Source: Octopus sinensis (Eukaryota). From it: a DNA stretch of 64,000 nucleotides. The notes beneath the pieces were generated by a model. That model searched no databases. It had not been told where the DNA came from and saw only the letters and a list, made by a program, of their open reading frames with translations. Of this stretch, positions 12,586 through 25,852 are shown in pieces (position 1 is the first letter of the stretch; each line of letters starts with the position of its first letter). The translations under genes and the position numbers were made by a program. The stretch lies in assembly GCF_006345805.1 (NCBI RefSeq), contig NW_021833079.1, positions 1-64,000 of the forward strand, written 5' to 3'.

Positions 12586-13828
12586 ATGACATTAAGACTT
12601 GAAATAAAAGAATCAAGAGGGACTCTGAGATACAACGATAACTTTCAGGTAACTTCTGAATGTGAGAGAGTTAATAATGCCATGAAAGGCAGAGGTACAT
12701 TTATAGAATGGCTAATAACGTTTAGGCACAGATGAGAGTACTCTTAGTGAGTTTCTGAGCAATACATCAAATTATCAAAAGCAACTTGTTGCCAGCCAAT
12801 ATAGCAAGCTATATAATAAAGTATCATGTGATACAAAATCCTCTATAAGGACTTGAGTGAACAAATCAAAAGTGAATTGAGTGGAGATTTTAGAAGACTT
12901 GCTTTGGCTCTAATGAGGTCGGATAACGAAAATTCCCAAGAGAATATTGTTTTAGCCACAAAAGTTAAAATCTTGGTTTAAGAAGAATGTAGGGAATTGG
13001 AACTAATGAAACACTTTTGATTGCCGTTCTGCTAACTAGAACGAATGCAGAAAGAGCAGAACTTATAAGGACATTTAATTCTAGTCAATTTAATAACATT
13101 CATTTTTAGGATCTAAAAAAACATTACAAGCTCTTATCAAATCAGAAACAAGTGGAATTTTGCGGACCTTCCTCACTGGATTAGTTGAAGTATGATCATA
13201 GTTATAATTCAAAATAGAAAGACAGGGATGAGTTATCCGATTCAGATAATCAAAATTATATCTATAGCAATAACGCTGAGCAGTTAGTTGACAGAGAACT
13301 TGCAAGGCAGCAAGCAGAGAGCCTCAATGAACTTTTCAACACAAAAGGCAAGATTAAGGACACCAGCTTATTTAATGAAATCTTTGTCGATCAAAACCGA
13401 TATCAGGCTGCGGCTTGCATTCAGGAATATCGAGCTGTATTCAAAAATTTTTGAAATTCTTAAGTTATCGAACAATGATTTTTTAAAGTCAGTCAATAAT
13501 AAAGTTAACAGTGATGCTCAGAAACTATTGGAACTTGTTTGTAAGTTAAACAAAAATTAAATTCTAGACTCGTGGACTATCCATCCAGTAGGATTCTACA
13601 GTTCTCTTCTACAGAAATCTTTTCAAGGGACCGGGACCGACGAAGATTTGTTGAATTTTGTAATTGTCAGTCGACGCGAGGTGACGGAATTGTAGTTTTG
13701 ACATATAGAGGGATTTATTGAATATTTCTGAGGAATATGAGAGATTGACTGGAAAAGCACTTTCTAATTCGATTCAAAGCGAGTCTTCTGGCGACTATCG
13801 CAAATTACTAATGAGCCTTATCTGTTAA
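12586..13828 (+). CDS. Annexin, four repeats; 8 introns of 26-31 nt
   Basis: AMKGRGTDE...SELSGDF; GIGTNE...SETSG; GTGTDE...SESSGDYRKLLMSLIC*. Confidence 0.9.
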
Positions 13829-15139
13829 TCTTTAATCTAACTAACAGTAACTTTATTAATTCCTAAAATGGTTTTTGGTGCAATAATTATTTTATTAAAA
13901 GTTCAGTTTATTGCTTTTTCACATGTTAACATTTAATCAATTTTTTGATTAATTTGATGTACTTTTTATTTTTAGTTGGATTAATACAGACCTGATTTAT
14001 AGTTTAAGGGTTCTGGGGTTAGGGAGATTAAAAATAAAAACGACCTTTATTAATAAAAAGAAAATAATTAATTGCCTAATTTAGTACTGACCCTTTGAAG
14101 TGGAGAGGGTGTGGACTAATGCACCTCCTTCCCTTTTTTCTCCTTTTCTTTAAAAGTAGAAATAAATTTATGTACAATAATATTAGATATCTTACAAAAA
14201 ACAAATGAATGTTCATACTTAAAAAATAGATTATTTTATTAGGGACAATGGGATTGCAAACCATTCCGATTGTTTTTCATGCTGAATTCTGAATTACGGA
14301 AACCCCGAAGTCTTAAAATAGATAAATTGTAAAGAAACTTTAAAAAATATGATAATGCGTATAAGTTTAAATACAATGCATATACTTTTGCTATATCAAC
14401 GTAAATTGCTCTGCTGGATAAAGTTCAGGATTTTTTTTGAATATGGAAACCAATCTTAGTAACAATCGTTCTAGCTTGAAAAATCTCCCCAAAAATCCAA
14501 AATTCTAAAAAATAATCAAAATTGTGAGAATTCAAAAAGATAAAAAATCAAAGTACTTAAAAAATAGATGTCTTGTAAACTTTGGCAAAGAAACAGGAGA
14601 GCTCGCTTTTTCTTATTGGGTGTAGTTTTATTAATCAAAAAGGTCTATGCTGACAAATTTATAACTAAAATTTCTTTACTATTTTGTTAAAAAGCGAGGC
14701 GACAAATCACAATATAGTCTTGGTTTATTTCAATCCGTATTTACCTTAGAGCGTGCCATATATTTAAATCTTTTTCCATTTTTGGTGATTTTGCCCCTCT
14801 TCGTATAACATGTCAACATTTTCTTTAACTTTAAAACGTTTTGCGATCCTTCGAAGGTTTTCAAGAAGGACCACCAGCAGTTTAGTCCTTGCTTCTAAAA
14901 TAAAGTGGTTCTCAATGGCCGCGTTTATAGATGTGACCAAACAGCTTACGAATGTCGAAAAATCGTATTTCACCTATAATATGAAAAGAGATGTATCTTA
15001 AATTATTCAATAATTTTGAAATTGAAAAAATATTAATCACAGCTGAACTTGTCTAAACCGGACCCTAACGATATTGTGAAAATCGTCCGGTTTATGAAGG
15101 TGACTACGTAACTGGCAGCTGGTTGATTTTGAATCTCCA

Positions 15140-15275
15140 GGATGATGAGATTTTCTAATAACAAAAAGTTCAAGTTTTTGGTCTATAGCACTGCAGGAAA
15201 ACATGACTGTCAAACGCTTCTTGGAGAGCTTATCACCAGACTTATTGGCCCTTTTGACCGAAAGAGTTTTGTCAA
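15140..15275 (-). mobile_element. pogo/Tigger DDE transposase fragment
   Basis: KSGDKLSKKRLTVMFSCSAIDQKLELFVIRKSHHP resembles the DDE_1 region. Confidence 0.6.
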
Positions 15276-16635
15276 GTGAATTTAAATTGAAAAAGAATTA
15301 AAAATTGAGACCGGAAAAAACGGGCAGTATAGGGAGAGATCCAGTTGATCAGAGGCAGATTTACAATTTACGCTGTATAAGGTGAGATACAAAAACGCAA
15401 ATACATTGATAAAAATTGGAATTGTCGATCAAGATTTATTCAATTAAGTGAAGGTTCGAAAAATAACATAAATACGATTTGCCTGCGATTGAGTTCTTGT
15501 AATGCACAAATAAATGATATAAATAATACCTTCGGGACTGAGATGTGATAGAATAGTCAAAGTTGTAAAAATATCACTAGGACAAAGTTAAACTGAAAAA
15601 TTTCCGTGCTTATATTTAAAGCATCGTTACCTAAAAACACTGGCAGTATGCAAGAAGATAACAAATATGAGGTAAACATTCTTGACAACTTGCAGAAGAA
15701 AACTGATAAAATGAAACCAATAAGAGTAAACGGATTAAGAATTAAATAAAATCAATTTAAAATAGTCTCGTAAAAGTTTTCTGCTGGAATTTGATAGCAA
15801 TGTATCTTATGATATAAAATTTATCTGACCAGCTGGTGTTCTCATAAGCAATCAAATGATTTGTTTAGTAGGCCTATTTATCATTTGAATAATTTATATA
15901 AATATTTTTTTATTGCTAAATCACGAAACATTATTTCTGAGGCATTTTTAAGGCGCGTGTGAGATTAAATTAAAAATCAAAATATTTAAAAAATATCATT
16001 CTAACGTTAAATTAAAATGATAAAAACGACAAACAGATAAGATACGACATCAACGAATAAAGAACATTGCTGAAAAAATTAATTCTATAAAAAAACTTAA
16101 AAATGGATCTTTTTAAATGTAAAATTCGTTTTAACAACTTAAAATAAATTAATTTTAGTGCAGTCATTATTCACTATGCTGGTCAGCTGTATCTTCTGCA
16201 AACAGCATAAAAATAAAAACACTAATTCATTTTTAATAAACTATTCTCAAGTTTATTTGAAATAAGTATATACAATTTATTATTTTATGTGGACTATTAG
16301 ACTCATTCATTGATTAAGAAGATTAAATTAAAACTTTTTAATCTTTATTTGTCAAGCAACGATTATTGAATTTAATTTAAAAAGGTCATTGGAATGAATC
16401 AAAATAATACTTTGAGTTTCTTTAGTACTAATGATTAAATATATGCCCCAATTGGAACATAAATCAATAAAAAATTCACATTGCTCTTGTAGCATTTTGT
16501 GACAATTACATGTCAAAACATTGGAACGATTTGCACTGTTAATAATAAAATCAAATACAAATTAGATTAATTTATATTTTTTAAATTTATTTAAAAATTA
16601 ATATTTTTGATTTTGTTGCTAACCTCAGTTTAACT

Positions 16636-18295
16636 ATGGTTGCTCGAAAGGAAACTAAACATTTTGTTAATAGCGAAATGGTTTTTTAATCAAATATATC
16701 CACAGACAATCAGTGACTACTACGAAAAGGAGGACTATCAGTACGGGCCAGAAGATGAATGCAGAGAAGTCCCTCTTTGGTATTCGGTCCACAGCTATTG
16801 CGTATTCGTCATAATTTACCTACTCGGACACCTACGCGATTTTTTAGAAAAATATGGTCTAACCAAGCACAAAAAAATAGAAAAGGAGATTCCTGTATTT
16901 AGTCGATAAATGTACATAAAAAGGGTTTCAGATCACTTTTGAGAAATTTCGAAAGTTTCTACATACGAAATATTTATTTACGAGCAAGAAGCTGCTTTGA
17001 GAGAGTTATCCGCGGACCTCCTGGAGTTGTGTGTAATATGGCGGAGAGATATAGCGACGATGGAAACATTTCTTTTAAATTTACTGGAAAAATTCTTAAA
17101 AATTTAATAAACATGGGATCCTACAATTATTTGGACTTTGCCCAACCGGAATCGACTTCTCCTACATTTGAAGCAGTGGCAGAAAGCATAAAGAAATATG
17201 GAATAGGAACGTGTTCTTCGTTTTCGGAATTGGGAGATTTCGATGCCCATGAAGAACTGAATACAACAGTGGCAGCATTTTTGGGGACCGAGGCTGCAAT
17301 TTCTTTTCCAATGGGATTTGCCACGAATGCACTAAACATTCCCTGTTTGGTAGGAAAGGTTGAATTTCTGGGTTCATTTTAGGGAGATCTCATCATATCC
17401 GACCAACTCAATCACATGTCCCTCATTTTGGGATCTCGTCTCTCGAAGGCGACTATAAAAATCTTCAAAACCAATGACATGGATGATCTTGAACGACTTC
17501 TCCGTAGTTCCATAATACACGGACAGCCACGAACACATCGTCCCTATAACAAAATACTGATTATTGTGGAGGGGATTTACAGGTTTTCCCTTTTTATTTA
17601 TTGGCCATAAGTATGGAGGGTACAATTCTCAAACTACCGCGATTGATTAGTCTAAAGAAGCAGTACAAGGCATATTTATTTATCGACGAGGCTCACAGCA
17701 TTGGTTCCCTTGGGCCTCGTGGAGGTGGAGTATGTGATTATTGGAATGTGGATCCCAGAGAAGTCGATATCCTCATGGGTACATTCACAAAGAGTTTTGG
17801 TGGATGTGGTGGATATCTTGCTGGGTCACACTCATTTATAAACTATATTCGGAATAATTCGTGTTTTATGGACAGTACCACTATGCCACCTCCAGTAGCA
17901 ACTCAGATCTCCAAGGCAATTCAGATTATACAGACGCCGTCTGGAATTGAGAGATTAAAGTCTTTAAAACGGAATCTCAGCTATTTCCGGAGAAGACTAA
18001 AGGAAATGGGATTTCTTGTTTACGGACACAGGGATTCTCCTGTCGTTCCCGTTGTGTTTTCGTCTCTGGCAAAAATTGATTTGATTGGCAAGTATAGCTT
18101 GGATTCTGGATTGGCTTTGACTTTGGTTGGTTCTCCAGCCACTTCACTGATGGGGGCAAGAATTAGATTTTGTATATCTTCTGGACATACGCGGGAAATG
18201 CTTGATAAGGTTTATGAATACACTAATATCAATAGACTCTGAGGGTAATGGACGAAATGGGAGACTTTTACTCCTTCAAGATGAGCTAGTTTAAC
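16636..18295 (+). CDS. SPTLC2: Serine palmitoyltransferase subunit 2 (LCB2); 5 introns of 24-29 nt
   Basis: [53 protein letters not shown] (PLP lysine), ARIRFCIS. Confidence 0.95.
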
Positions 18296-18629
18296 ATTTA
18301 TTTAATTACTCTTTCTTTTTGCTCATTTTCATTTAAAATTTTTTACCATTTCACTATTAATCTCATTTAAAAACTTATATTTTGTGATATTTGGTATATA
18401 AGATAGTGAAACCTGTGTTTTTGTTAACACGTAGCTGTTTAAAAATGGATAATCAAAGTTAAGTTATTGATTTTCCTGTTAGTGGTTTAGAATGACGTAG
18501 TTACGATTATAATTACTTTTGTTTTAAATAAGAAATATTTGGACTTGGGTCTTTACTTAAATAGGAAGAGTCCCCCCTTAATTGCCATTGCTTGGCGGTT
18601 TTGTTGTATCTTACAATATGACATAAAGA

Positions 18630-19252
18630 TTACGGATTCTCTGAAATTGAACACTCGATTCGATGACATTTTCCATCATTTCTTGGCATTTTCCATTGGT
18701 ACTCCTGATATTTTGCTCTGTTTTCGGATAGATATGACGGGGACTTGAGTTCGCTGATTTCTTTTTGCCATCGCAGCTTAAGCGAATCTAAAATTCCAAA
18801 TTTCATTCCATTTCCTTTTATTTTTGCCCAAAATTCAAACCTTCTGCAGGATAATCTGATTTTTCAGGAATCCAACTCATTGAATTTGTATTCCATTTTC
18901 TCTTTGGAGGAATTCGACTATTTTGAGATCTTCCGTTGTAATACTCTTCATACCAAGTGATATAAGGAGTATTAGGAGATTCTTGGTTGCCAAATTCAAA
19001 AAACTATTTCGATTAAAATAAAAATTATTAAAATACATTTCTATTAGTATTTTCCAACGGTCTTTTTACGCAGTTTCTTTTTAAAACGTTTGGAGAAAGA
19101 ATATTAAAGTCTTGGTCATATGTTGTATTACTTTTGTAATCATTTTTTATCCACTGATATATGATAGAGATTTATACCTGCAGTCTTTCTTCATACCAAT
19201 TTCCAATAAGAGCATTTTTTGTGTAACGATTTTTGTTAGAATCTAAAAACAT
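18630..19252 (-). CDS. CFAP107: CFAP107/C1orf158-like ciliary microtubule inner protein; 3 introns (24, 33, 26 nt); absent from the ORF track
   Basis: YTKNALIGNWYEER and RKWNTNSMSWIPEKSDYP match the family pattern GNWxEER ... R.W....L.W.PEKSD.P. Confidence 0.7.
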
Positions 19253-19621
19253 TTGGTATCCATAGAAAATATTTTATTAATTTTTTTTATAAATAACCAT
19301 TAATGATATTAAATTAATTAAGATCGATTAATTGAAGGGAAGCCCAGCAGCCTGGCGGATTGCCAAACTGTTTCCCCGGATAACGGCGATCGAGAACCGT
19401 TGCAATAACTAGTTTTAAATAATATTTATTAAAAAAAATTCAATTGTGTAATTCTAACTTATCAAATTGTTATCCCTGAAAATGTAATGACAGAGTTGAT
19501 AAAATTATTTTATATTAAATGTTTTCATAAAATATTGTTTTAAATAATATTAACATTATATTAAAAATTTATTTTTTACCTGAGAATTTATTAGATATTT
19601 ATATTTTAAATCTGCGGTTGT

Positions 19622-20969
19622 ATGAATAATATTGGTAAATATTTAACTCTGGGGGTCGCTTCTACTCTAGCATTCAGTTTATATCCAATTAAACACAATC
19701 CTACTAATTCTGAATCAACGAATGAAAAAATTTCTACAAAGTTAATCAATCGCGACTCTTACTCTGACATAATTTCAAAGTCCAAAGATTACTTACAATA
19801 TACTAAAGTCGTAAAATGTTGATTCTCTAGTTTTTTAGTTAAAATATGGACTTCCTTGTATAGCTATTTCCGTTTCCGTGAATGGTTCTATTGTTTGGGC
19901 AGAAGGTATTTTTATTTTTGAAGTGAGCAATTAGGGCTAGGATACTCTGATATCGAAAACCTAGTCGAGTGTAAACCAGAAACAGTTTTTAGAATTGGGA
20001 GCATCAGTAAACCCTTGACTGCTGCAATTGTCGGGAAATTAATACAGGAAGGACTTTTATCTTTAGACGATCCTATTTCGAAGTACAATATTGACTGGCC
20101 CGCTAAATTCATTGACGGAAATGAAGTAAAATATGTTCAAATTATATAACTGTGTTCTATTACGTGTCGACACCTCATGTCGCACTCGAGTGGAATCCGC
20201 CACTACAATAATCCAACTTCTGAAATTGACGAATTTCACATCAAACAGTGTTACAAGGACGTGAAAAGTGCACTTACCCTATTTAAGGATGATCCTTTAC
20301 TTTTTATTCCAGGTTGATTTTGAAATGATTTTGGTCCTGTATAGGAACGAGAACCCATTACAGTACTTTTGCTTGGACATTGGTATCAGGGATATGTGAG
20401 TCTGTAACAAAAAAATCGTTTCCATCACTTCTTAGAGAACTTTTTGATTCTCTTTCAATGAACGACACTTTTCTCGATAAAAACGACACAATAATTTTCC
20501 ACAGAACTCGGTTGTAATTGAAATTAGTACTATTACATATAGATATTACAAATTTAATTCTTGTAATGAAATCGTGAACTCACCATACGCTGAATCGACT
20601 CATAAATATGCGGGAGGTGGAATTTTGTCATCAGTTTTGGACATAAACGTGTTTGCCAATGCTATGCTGGAGAGTTATGAAGCTAATTCAAATAGTTATC
20701 TATCTGCTACCATTGTTTCTGAACTGTGGTCCCCACATTATAAATCAAAGAAAGACTATTTTGGACTTGGATGGTTTATTTCTGATCATCCACGTGCCCC
20801 AAAGTATATTTACCACACAGGATGTTCAGTTGGAGGCAGTTCTGTGGTACTAATACAACCTACGGATAAAAATTCACAAATTCGTGGAGTTGTATGTATA
20901 ATGACTAACGTTGATGGAATCAATTTACTTAGCAGTGCAAAAAGAATTGCTTCTGACTTTTTTAAATGA
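19622..20969 (+). CDS. LACTB: Serine beta-lactamase-like protein LACTB; 5 introns, one requiring a GT-TG junction (20126-20152)
   Basis: RIGSISKPLT (SxxK), HLMSHSSGIRHY, LFKDDPL, HYSTFAW, YAGGGILSSV, YHTG. Confidence 0.9.
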
Positions 20970-21399
20970 AATTTTTTATTCATTATTTCATATTGGTGAT
21001 ATTTTTATTAAACGCGATTGTTTTATACTATACTTATAGATAGAATTCTTTTTAGGTCGTATTTTTAACTACACTTAATTATAACTCATTCTGGTCAGTA
21101 AAATAAGATTTTAATCAATGTTTTTATTTCACCTGTAAAATTACACTGAGATTATAAAGTCTGAACTAGCAAAAATAACAGTAAATTAAAAATCGAATCA
21201 TTTTTGTACAAATCAATTTTTGATAAACACTTTTATATTCTTTCTATATCGCCCATTCAAGTATAATTGGCTATAGAAAGTCTGTTGTCCAACAGATCGG
21301 TAAGCAATTTCTTTTGATGATTGGAACCAAAATTGTTTTGCAAGCAAGCACGTCTTTGTTTTACAAATAAGCAACATTGTGACTTTTCTACTAGTCTCA

Positions 21400-21690
21400 A
21401 AATAGAACAAAATAAAATCAACACTAATAGAAAATAAGAGCATTCCAACTTCTTAATTTCGATAATTCGCACCCTCATATCTTTGCCCCGATCCCAGTCA
21501 AGACGTCGGGAGTCCTTGGTCCCAGAACTAAAAAATTCCTTATTAAACTGGGGGACCTGGCAAGCAGAAAGAGAAATGATTATCGGGAACGGACATGGCT
21601 TTCCAACGCATATCAATAGCCATCTTGCGTGGGAATTGCTATTCCATCTTATCTCCTGCTGCTACTTAAATATTAAAAACTAAATAATAT
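21400..21690 (+). mobile_element. CRE-like RLE retrotransposon 3' fragment
   Basis: FAPIPVKTSGVLGPRTKKFL...RERTWLFQRISIAILRGNCYSI. Confidence 0.75.
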
Positions 21691-21914
21691 TTTACATTTC
21701 AAAAAAAAATTCGATAATTATGGGATAACTACCACTCGTTAACAACGAAAACAGAAACCATTTGGCAAACGTCGAGAACAATGTAACGTTTTAAACAGAT
21801 GTCTTTCTACTTCTATAAAAAGAGCACCGAATAAATAATCCAAAAAATGCTAATTATCTCAACTTTGAAAATACAAGTTAGTGTAATAATTAGGGCAATT
21901 TAAGTGTTTATTTA

Positions 21915-22255
21915 TTTTATTTATTTAACCGCCAAGACCACAATAAAAATCAAACAAAAGTCACGTGACCCCGATGCACTCGACCAGGGACCTCATCTTC
22001 GCTCAGTGATCTTTCCACGAGCCCACACAAGATCGCACCGGGCAGCAGGCCGTTTTTAACGGGGCATTTGCAAACAGACTGAGCTTTAGCTTGATCAGGT
22101 CTTCCAGAGGAGCCGAACCGGAGTGTTTGTTATCGTGCGACCAATGATCGGTTAATCTGAGGGCCCTTTGTTGGACCTTCTCGATTCGCCTTTTGTTGGA
22201 CCACGATAACCGCGGAACCCATGATCCGCAGGCGTAGGCAATAGATGGTTCAAAG
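21915..22255 (-). mobile_element. 3' end of a LINE (CR1/Jockey-type RT C-terminus) with AT-rich tail
   Basis: IAYACGSWVPRLSWSNKRRIEKVQQRALRL; diverged second copy at 45110-45290. Confidence 0.7.
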
Positions 22256-23150
22256 CAGTGGTTCTCAAGAATTTTGAGCCAGGGGCCGCAAAAATCAAAT
22301 TTTTTATTTATAGGGGCCGCACATTTCTTTGTCAACTTAATGAAGATAAGATATTTGTTATTTCAGGTTGAACTGAAGAAAATACATATGATTTTTGTTT
22401 TACTGTATACATGGAATTTAGAGTTGCGTCCTATCGCCGCGCATTTGTTATATCAATGAATGAAAGAATTTATAAACTACTTTGTCATATTTTCAAAATC
22501 TGGTACGATATTAGATGTCGAAATCCGCAACATCTGATCTAGATGGATATCCGTGAGTTCATTGTGGTATTATTTCCTAATTTTAGTATCGTTACTTAGA
22601 GGTAACTTGTGTGCAATATCGAAAACAGCGGGCGAACAACATTCCGATGCAAATATTTCGATTGCCGTTTTATATAATTCGCCATCAGAATAAGGCTTCA
22701 TATTTTTAGCCAATAGGTAACTAATTTTGTATGATGCCAGGTTAATATTAGACGAATATGTCCCACTTTTGAAAGTGGATGATCGCTTTAAATAATCTTC
22801 TTTCATTTGTTTTAGTTTTTTCGTCCGAGAAACACCAGTGAATTTTTCATAAAGAATAGAGTGGGAACGGTAGTGCCGTTCGATTGTATACGTTTTTAAA
22901 GTTACAATAATAGAATTGCATATTAGGCAAAAAGCCTTTCCATTGACCTCAATAATGAAATATTTTTCTTCCCAGATGAGTTTAGAAATCCTATTTTCCT
23001 TGGGAATTTTTCGAAAACGTTTAGAATTCGACATCACAACAACAAATAAAAAAACCTGACAAAAAATAAAATATTTATAGAAACATAAACCCCTCAATTA
23101 AATCCTAGGGGCCAGGAAATCTTTCAGGAATAGGTTGAATAGGGCCCTTT
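22256..23150 (-). mobile_element. hAT (Charlie/Buster, GTF2IRD2-like) internal-deletion derivative
   Basis: Terminus cagtggttctcaa at 22256; transposase N-terminus (CLIC...RHY, LAKNMKPYSDGE, LPLSNDT) joined to C-terminus (LTDIHLDQMLRISTSNIVPDF). Confidence 0.8.
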
Positions 23151-23324
23151 TAATTTTACATTCTACTTTTGTTCAATGCTAATTTGAATTATAGATTTAC
23201 TCATGTGGCGCCGAGTCATCAGACAAAAATTAATATTTAGCTAAAAATAAATAATAAAAATATCGATGGTACGTGCGACAAAAATGATATACAATTTATT
23301 AAAATACAATTTATTTCAGCGATA

Positions 23325-23465
23325 CAATTGCCTTGAAGACCCATGACCGGATGGAGGCTAGCTGGTTCTTCAAACACGACCCGGTCTCTATTCTACGCGG
23401 AAACTGCCTCTCGATCCGCAGTGCGTCTTCGTCGGACTGACTCCCAGGTCCGATGTAGCTCTACT
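23325..23465 (+). mobile_element. CRE-like 3' fragment, same subfamily as 5150-5372
   Basis: Close reverse-complement match to 5150-5285. Confidence 0.75.
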
Positions 23466-23559
23466 AATTTCTTTTTTCATTTCATTAAGAAGAAGGTTGG
23501 CATTTGAAGTTTGTAAAAAAATTTATCAAAATAATGAGATCGATTTTCATGAGATCGAT

Positions 23560-25430
23560 TATGTCTAAATTATCATATTGATTATGTCTATACGTAAAAT
23601 AAAAATCAATTATTCTATAAAAAGAAGGAAGGATAATCATGCGTATTTTTTAGAGACTGAATGCTGGACAAAGTCTTTGCGCAGTTTTCATTTATTTATT
23701 GGAGTTTTATGTATTTTAAATTCCATCACATATGCACATTATATCCGTTATTTTTTTGCTAGTGTTAAGATTAAAATTATTCAATTCATGACTTTAATAA
23801 ATTCAAGGGTAATAGTTCTTTTATAATAATAAAATAAATCATATCAAGAATATGCATCATGATTTTTAAAGTCAAATTTTCATTTATCATATAATTAAAA
23901 AAATGTATACATTCAAAAATGTATCTAAATCACAATTATCCTATAAAAGGAAAAAGGGATAATTACGTGATTTTTTATTTGACCTATAAAGTAGGGGGGC
24001 TAAGACTGCAACCTGCTCGTGGTGCCTCTTGCATACCAATTAATTAAATTGGTTACTAATGGCAGTAAATATTCATACGTTCATCAAATCTTGCGGCGGG
24101 GCATTAATAATATATTTTAAATTCCATCACATATAAAATTGTTTAATTTATGACTTCAATAAATTCAAGCTTAATAGTTTTTTACAATAATATAATAAAT
24201 CATATCGAGAATATGCATCATGATTTCTAAAATCAGATTTTCATTTATCATATGATTAAAAAAATGTATACATTCAAAAATGTATCTAAATCACAATTAT
24301 CCTAGTAAAGGAAAAAGGGATAATTACGTGATTTTTTATTTGACCTATAAAATAGGGGGGCTAAGACTGTAACCTGCTCGTGGTGCCTCTTGCATACCAA
24401 TTAATTAAATTGGTTACTAATGGCAGTCAATATTCATACGTTCATCAATCTTGCGGCGGGGCATTAATATATATTTTAAATTCCATCACATATAAAATTG
24501 TTTAATTTATGACTTCAATAAATTCAAGCTTAATAGTTTTTTACAATAATATAATAAATCATATCGAGAATATGCATCATGATTTTTAAAGTCAGATTTT
24601 CATTTATCATATGATTAAAAAAATGTATACATTCAAAAATGTATCTAAATCACAATTATCCTAGTAAAGGAAAAAGGGATAATTACGTGATTTTTTATTT
24701 GACGTATATTAATAGGGAGGCTAAGACTGCAACCTGCTCGTGGTGCCTCCTGCAAACCAATCAATTAAATTGGTTACTAATGGCAGTCAATATTCATACG
24801 TTCATCAAATCTTGCGGCGGGGCATTAATAATATATTTTAAATTCCATCACATATAAAATTGTTTAATTTATGACTTCAATAAATTCAAGCTTAATAGTT
24901 TTTTACAATAATATAATAAATCATATCGAGAATATGCATCATGATTTCTAAAGTCAGATTTTCATTTATCATATGATTAAAAAAATGTATACATTCAAAA
25001 ATGTATCTAAATCACAATTATCCTATAAAAAGGAAAAAAGGGATAATTATGTGATTTTTTATTTGACGTATATTAATAGGGAGGCTAAGACTGCAACCTG
25101 CTCGTGGTGCCTCCTGCAAACCAATCAATTAAATTGGTTACTAGTGGCAGTCATTATTCATACGTTCATCAAAATAGTTTTGCAAAATTTATTTGACCAT
25201 TAATGAGTGGGTGGGCTAAAAATTGCAACCTGGTCGTGGTATTCCCTGCAAACCAATTATTTCAATTAGTTACTAATAACATTCATCATTTATACAAATA
25301 TAGCTGTCAAAAAAATTGCTGCGTATCTGCGACAATTCTAGTTTATTTCTTTATTAGAGTTTTATGTATTTTAAATTCAATCACATACACACATCATATC
25401 GGTTATTGTCTTTGCTTGTTTTAGATCAAT
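23560..25430. repeat. Tandem array of ~360-bp units: about 4 well-conserved units plus degenerate flanking units
   Basis: Anchor ctaagact recurs at 24000, 24361, 24721 and 25085 (periods 361, 360, 364); degenerate copies near 23600-23750 and 25205-25430. Confidence 0.95.
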
Positions 25431-25852
25431 GTATTTTTTTAATCTTATATAAAATATTTATGAAAATATCTTTAAATATGAAGATCGTTAAATATTTACC
25501 AAGTTGCAAGGCTGTGATGGTTTGTATAATTTCTTTCTAAAAAAGAACTTCATAAGTCAATTTTCGAACTGATCCGTGGAGTACCCCAGGTCAGAAATTT
25601 TTATGAATAGCATACGTAAAGTGCTGGTAATTATTATTCTAAAAGAATAAAGCCTCGTACGGAACTATTTATATCAGTTTTCTATGGCGTTTTCATTAAG
25701 GAAGATCGACTTCTGACATTTTTTAGAGCAATAGATGACAATGTTCCACTATCCAAAGGTTCAGGAATGCGAAAAAAATGGAATTGATATGTCAAGAGCT
25801 ATTGATTTTATCAAGAATAGTTTAAAAATTTTAGAGATAAAAACGACAGGTA

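Noticed and set aside
14180-15000. Possible gene or degenerate RT on the minus strand
   Set aside because: Multiple stops in all frames, no consistent intron model and only weak motif resemblance.
23560-25430. Calling the tandem array SL RNA, snRNA, 5S or CRISPR
   Set aside because: No recognisable leader, donor and Sm-site arrangement, no match to RNAs I know, and no unique spacers; kept only as a hypothesis.
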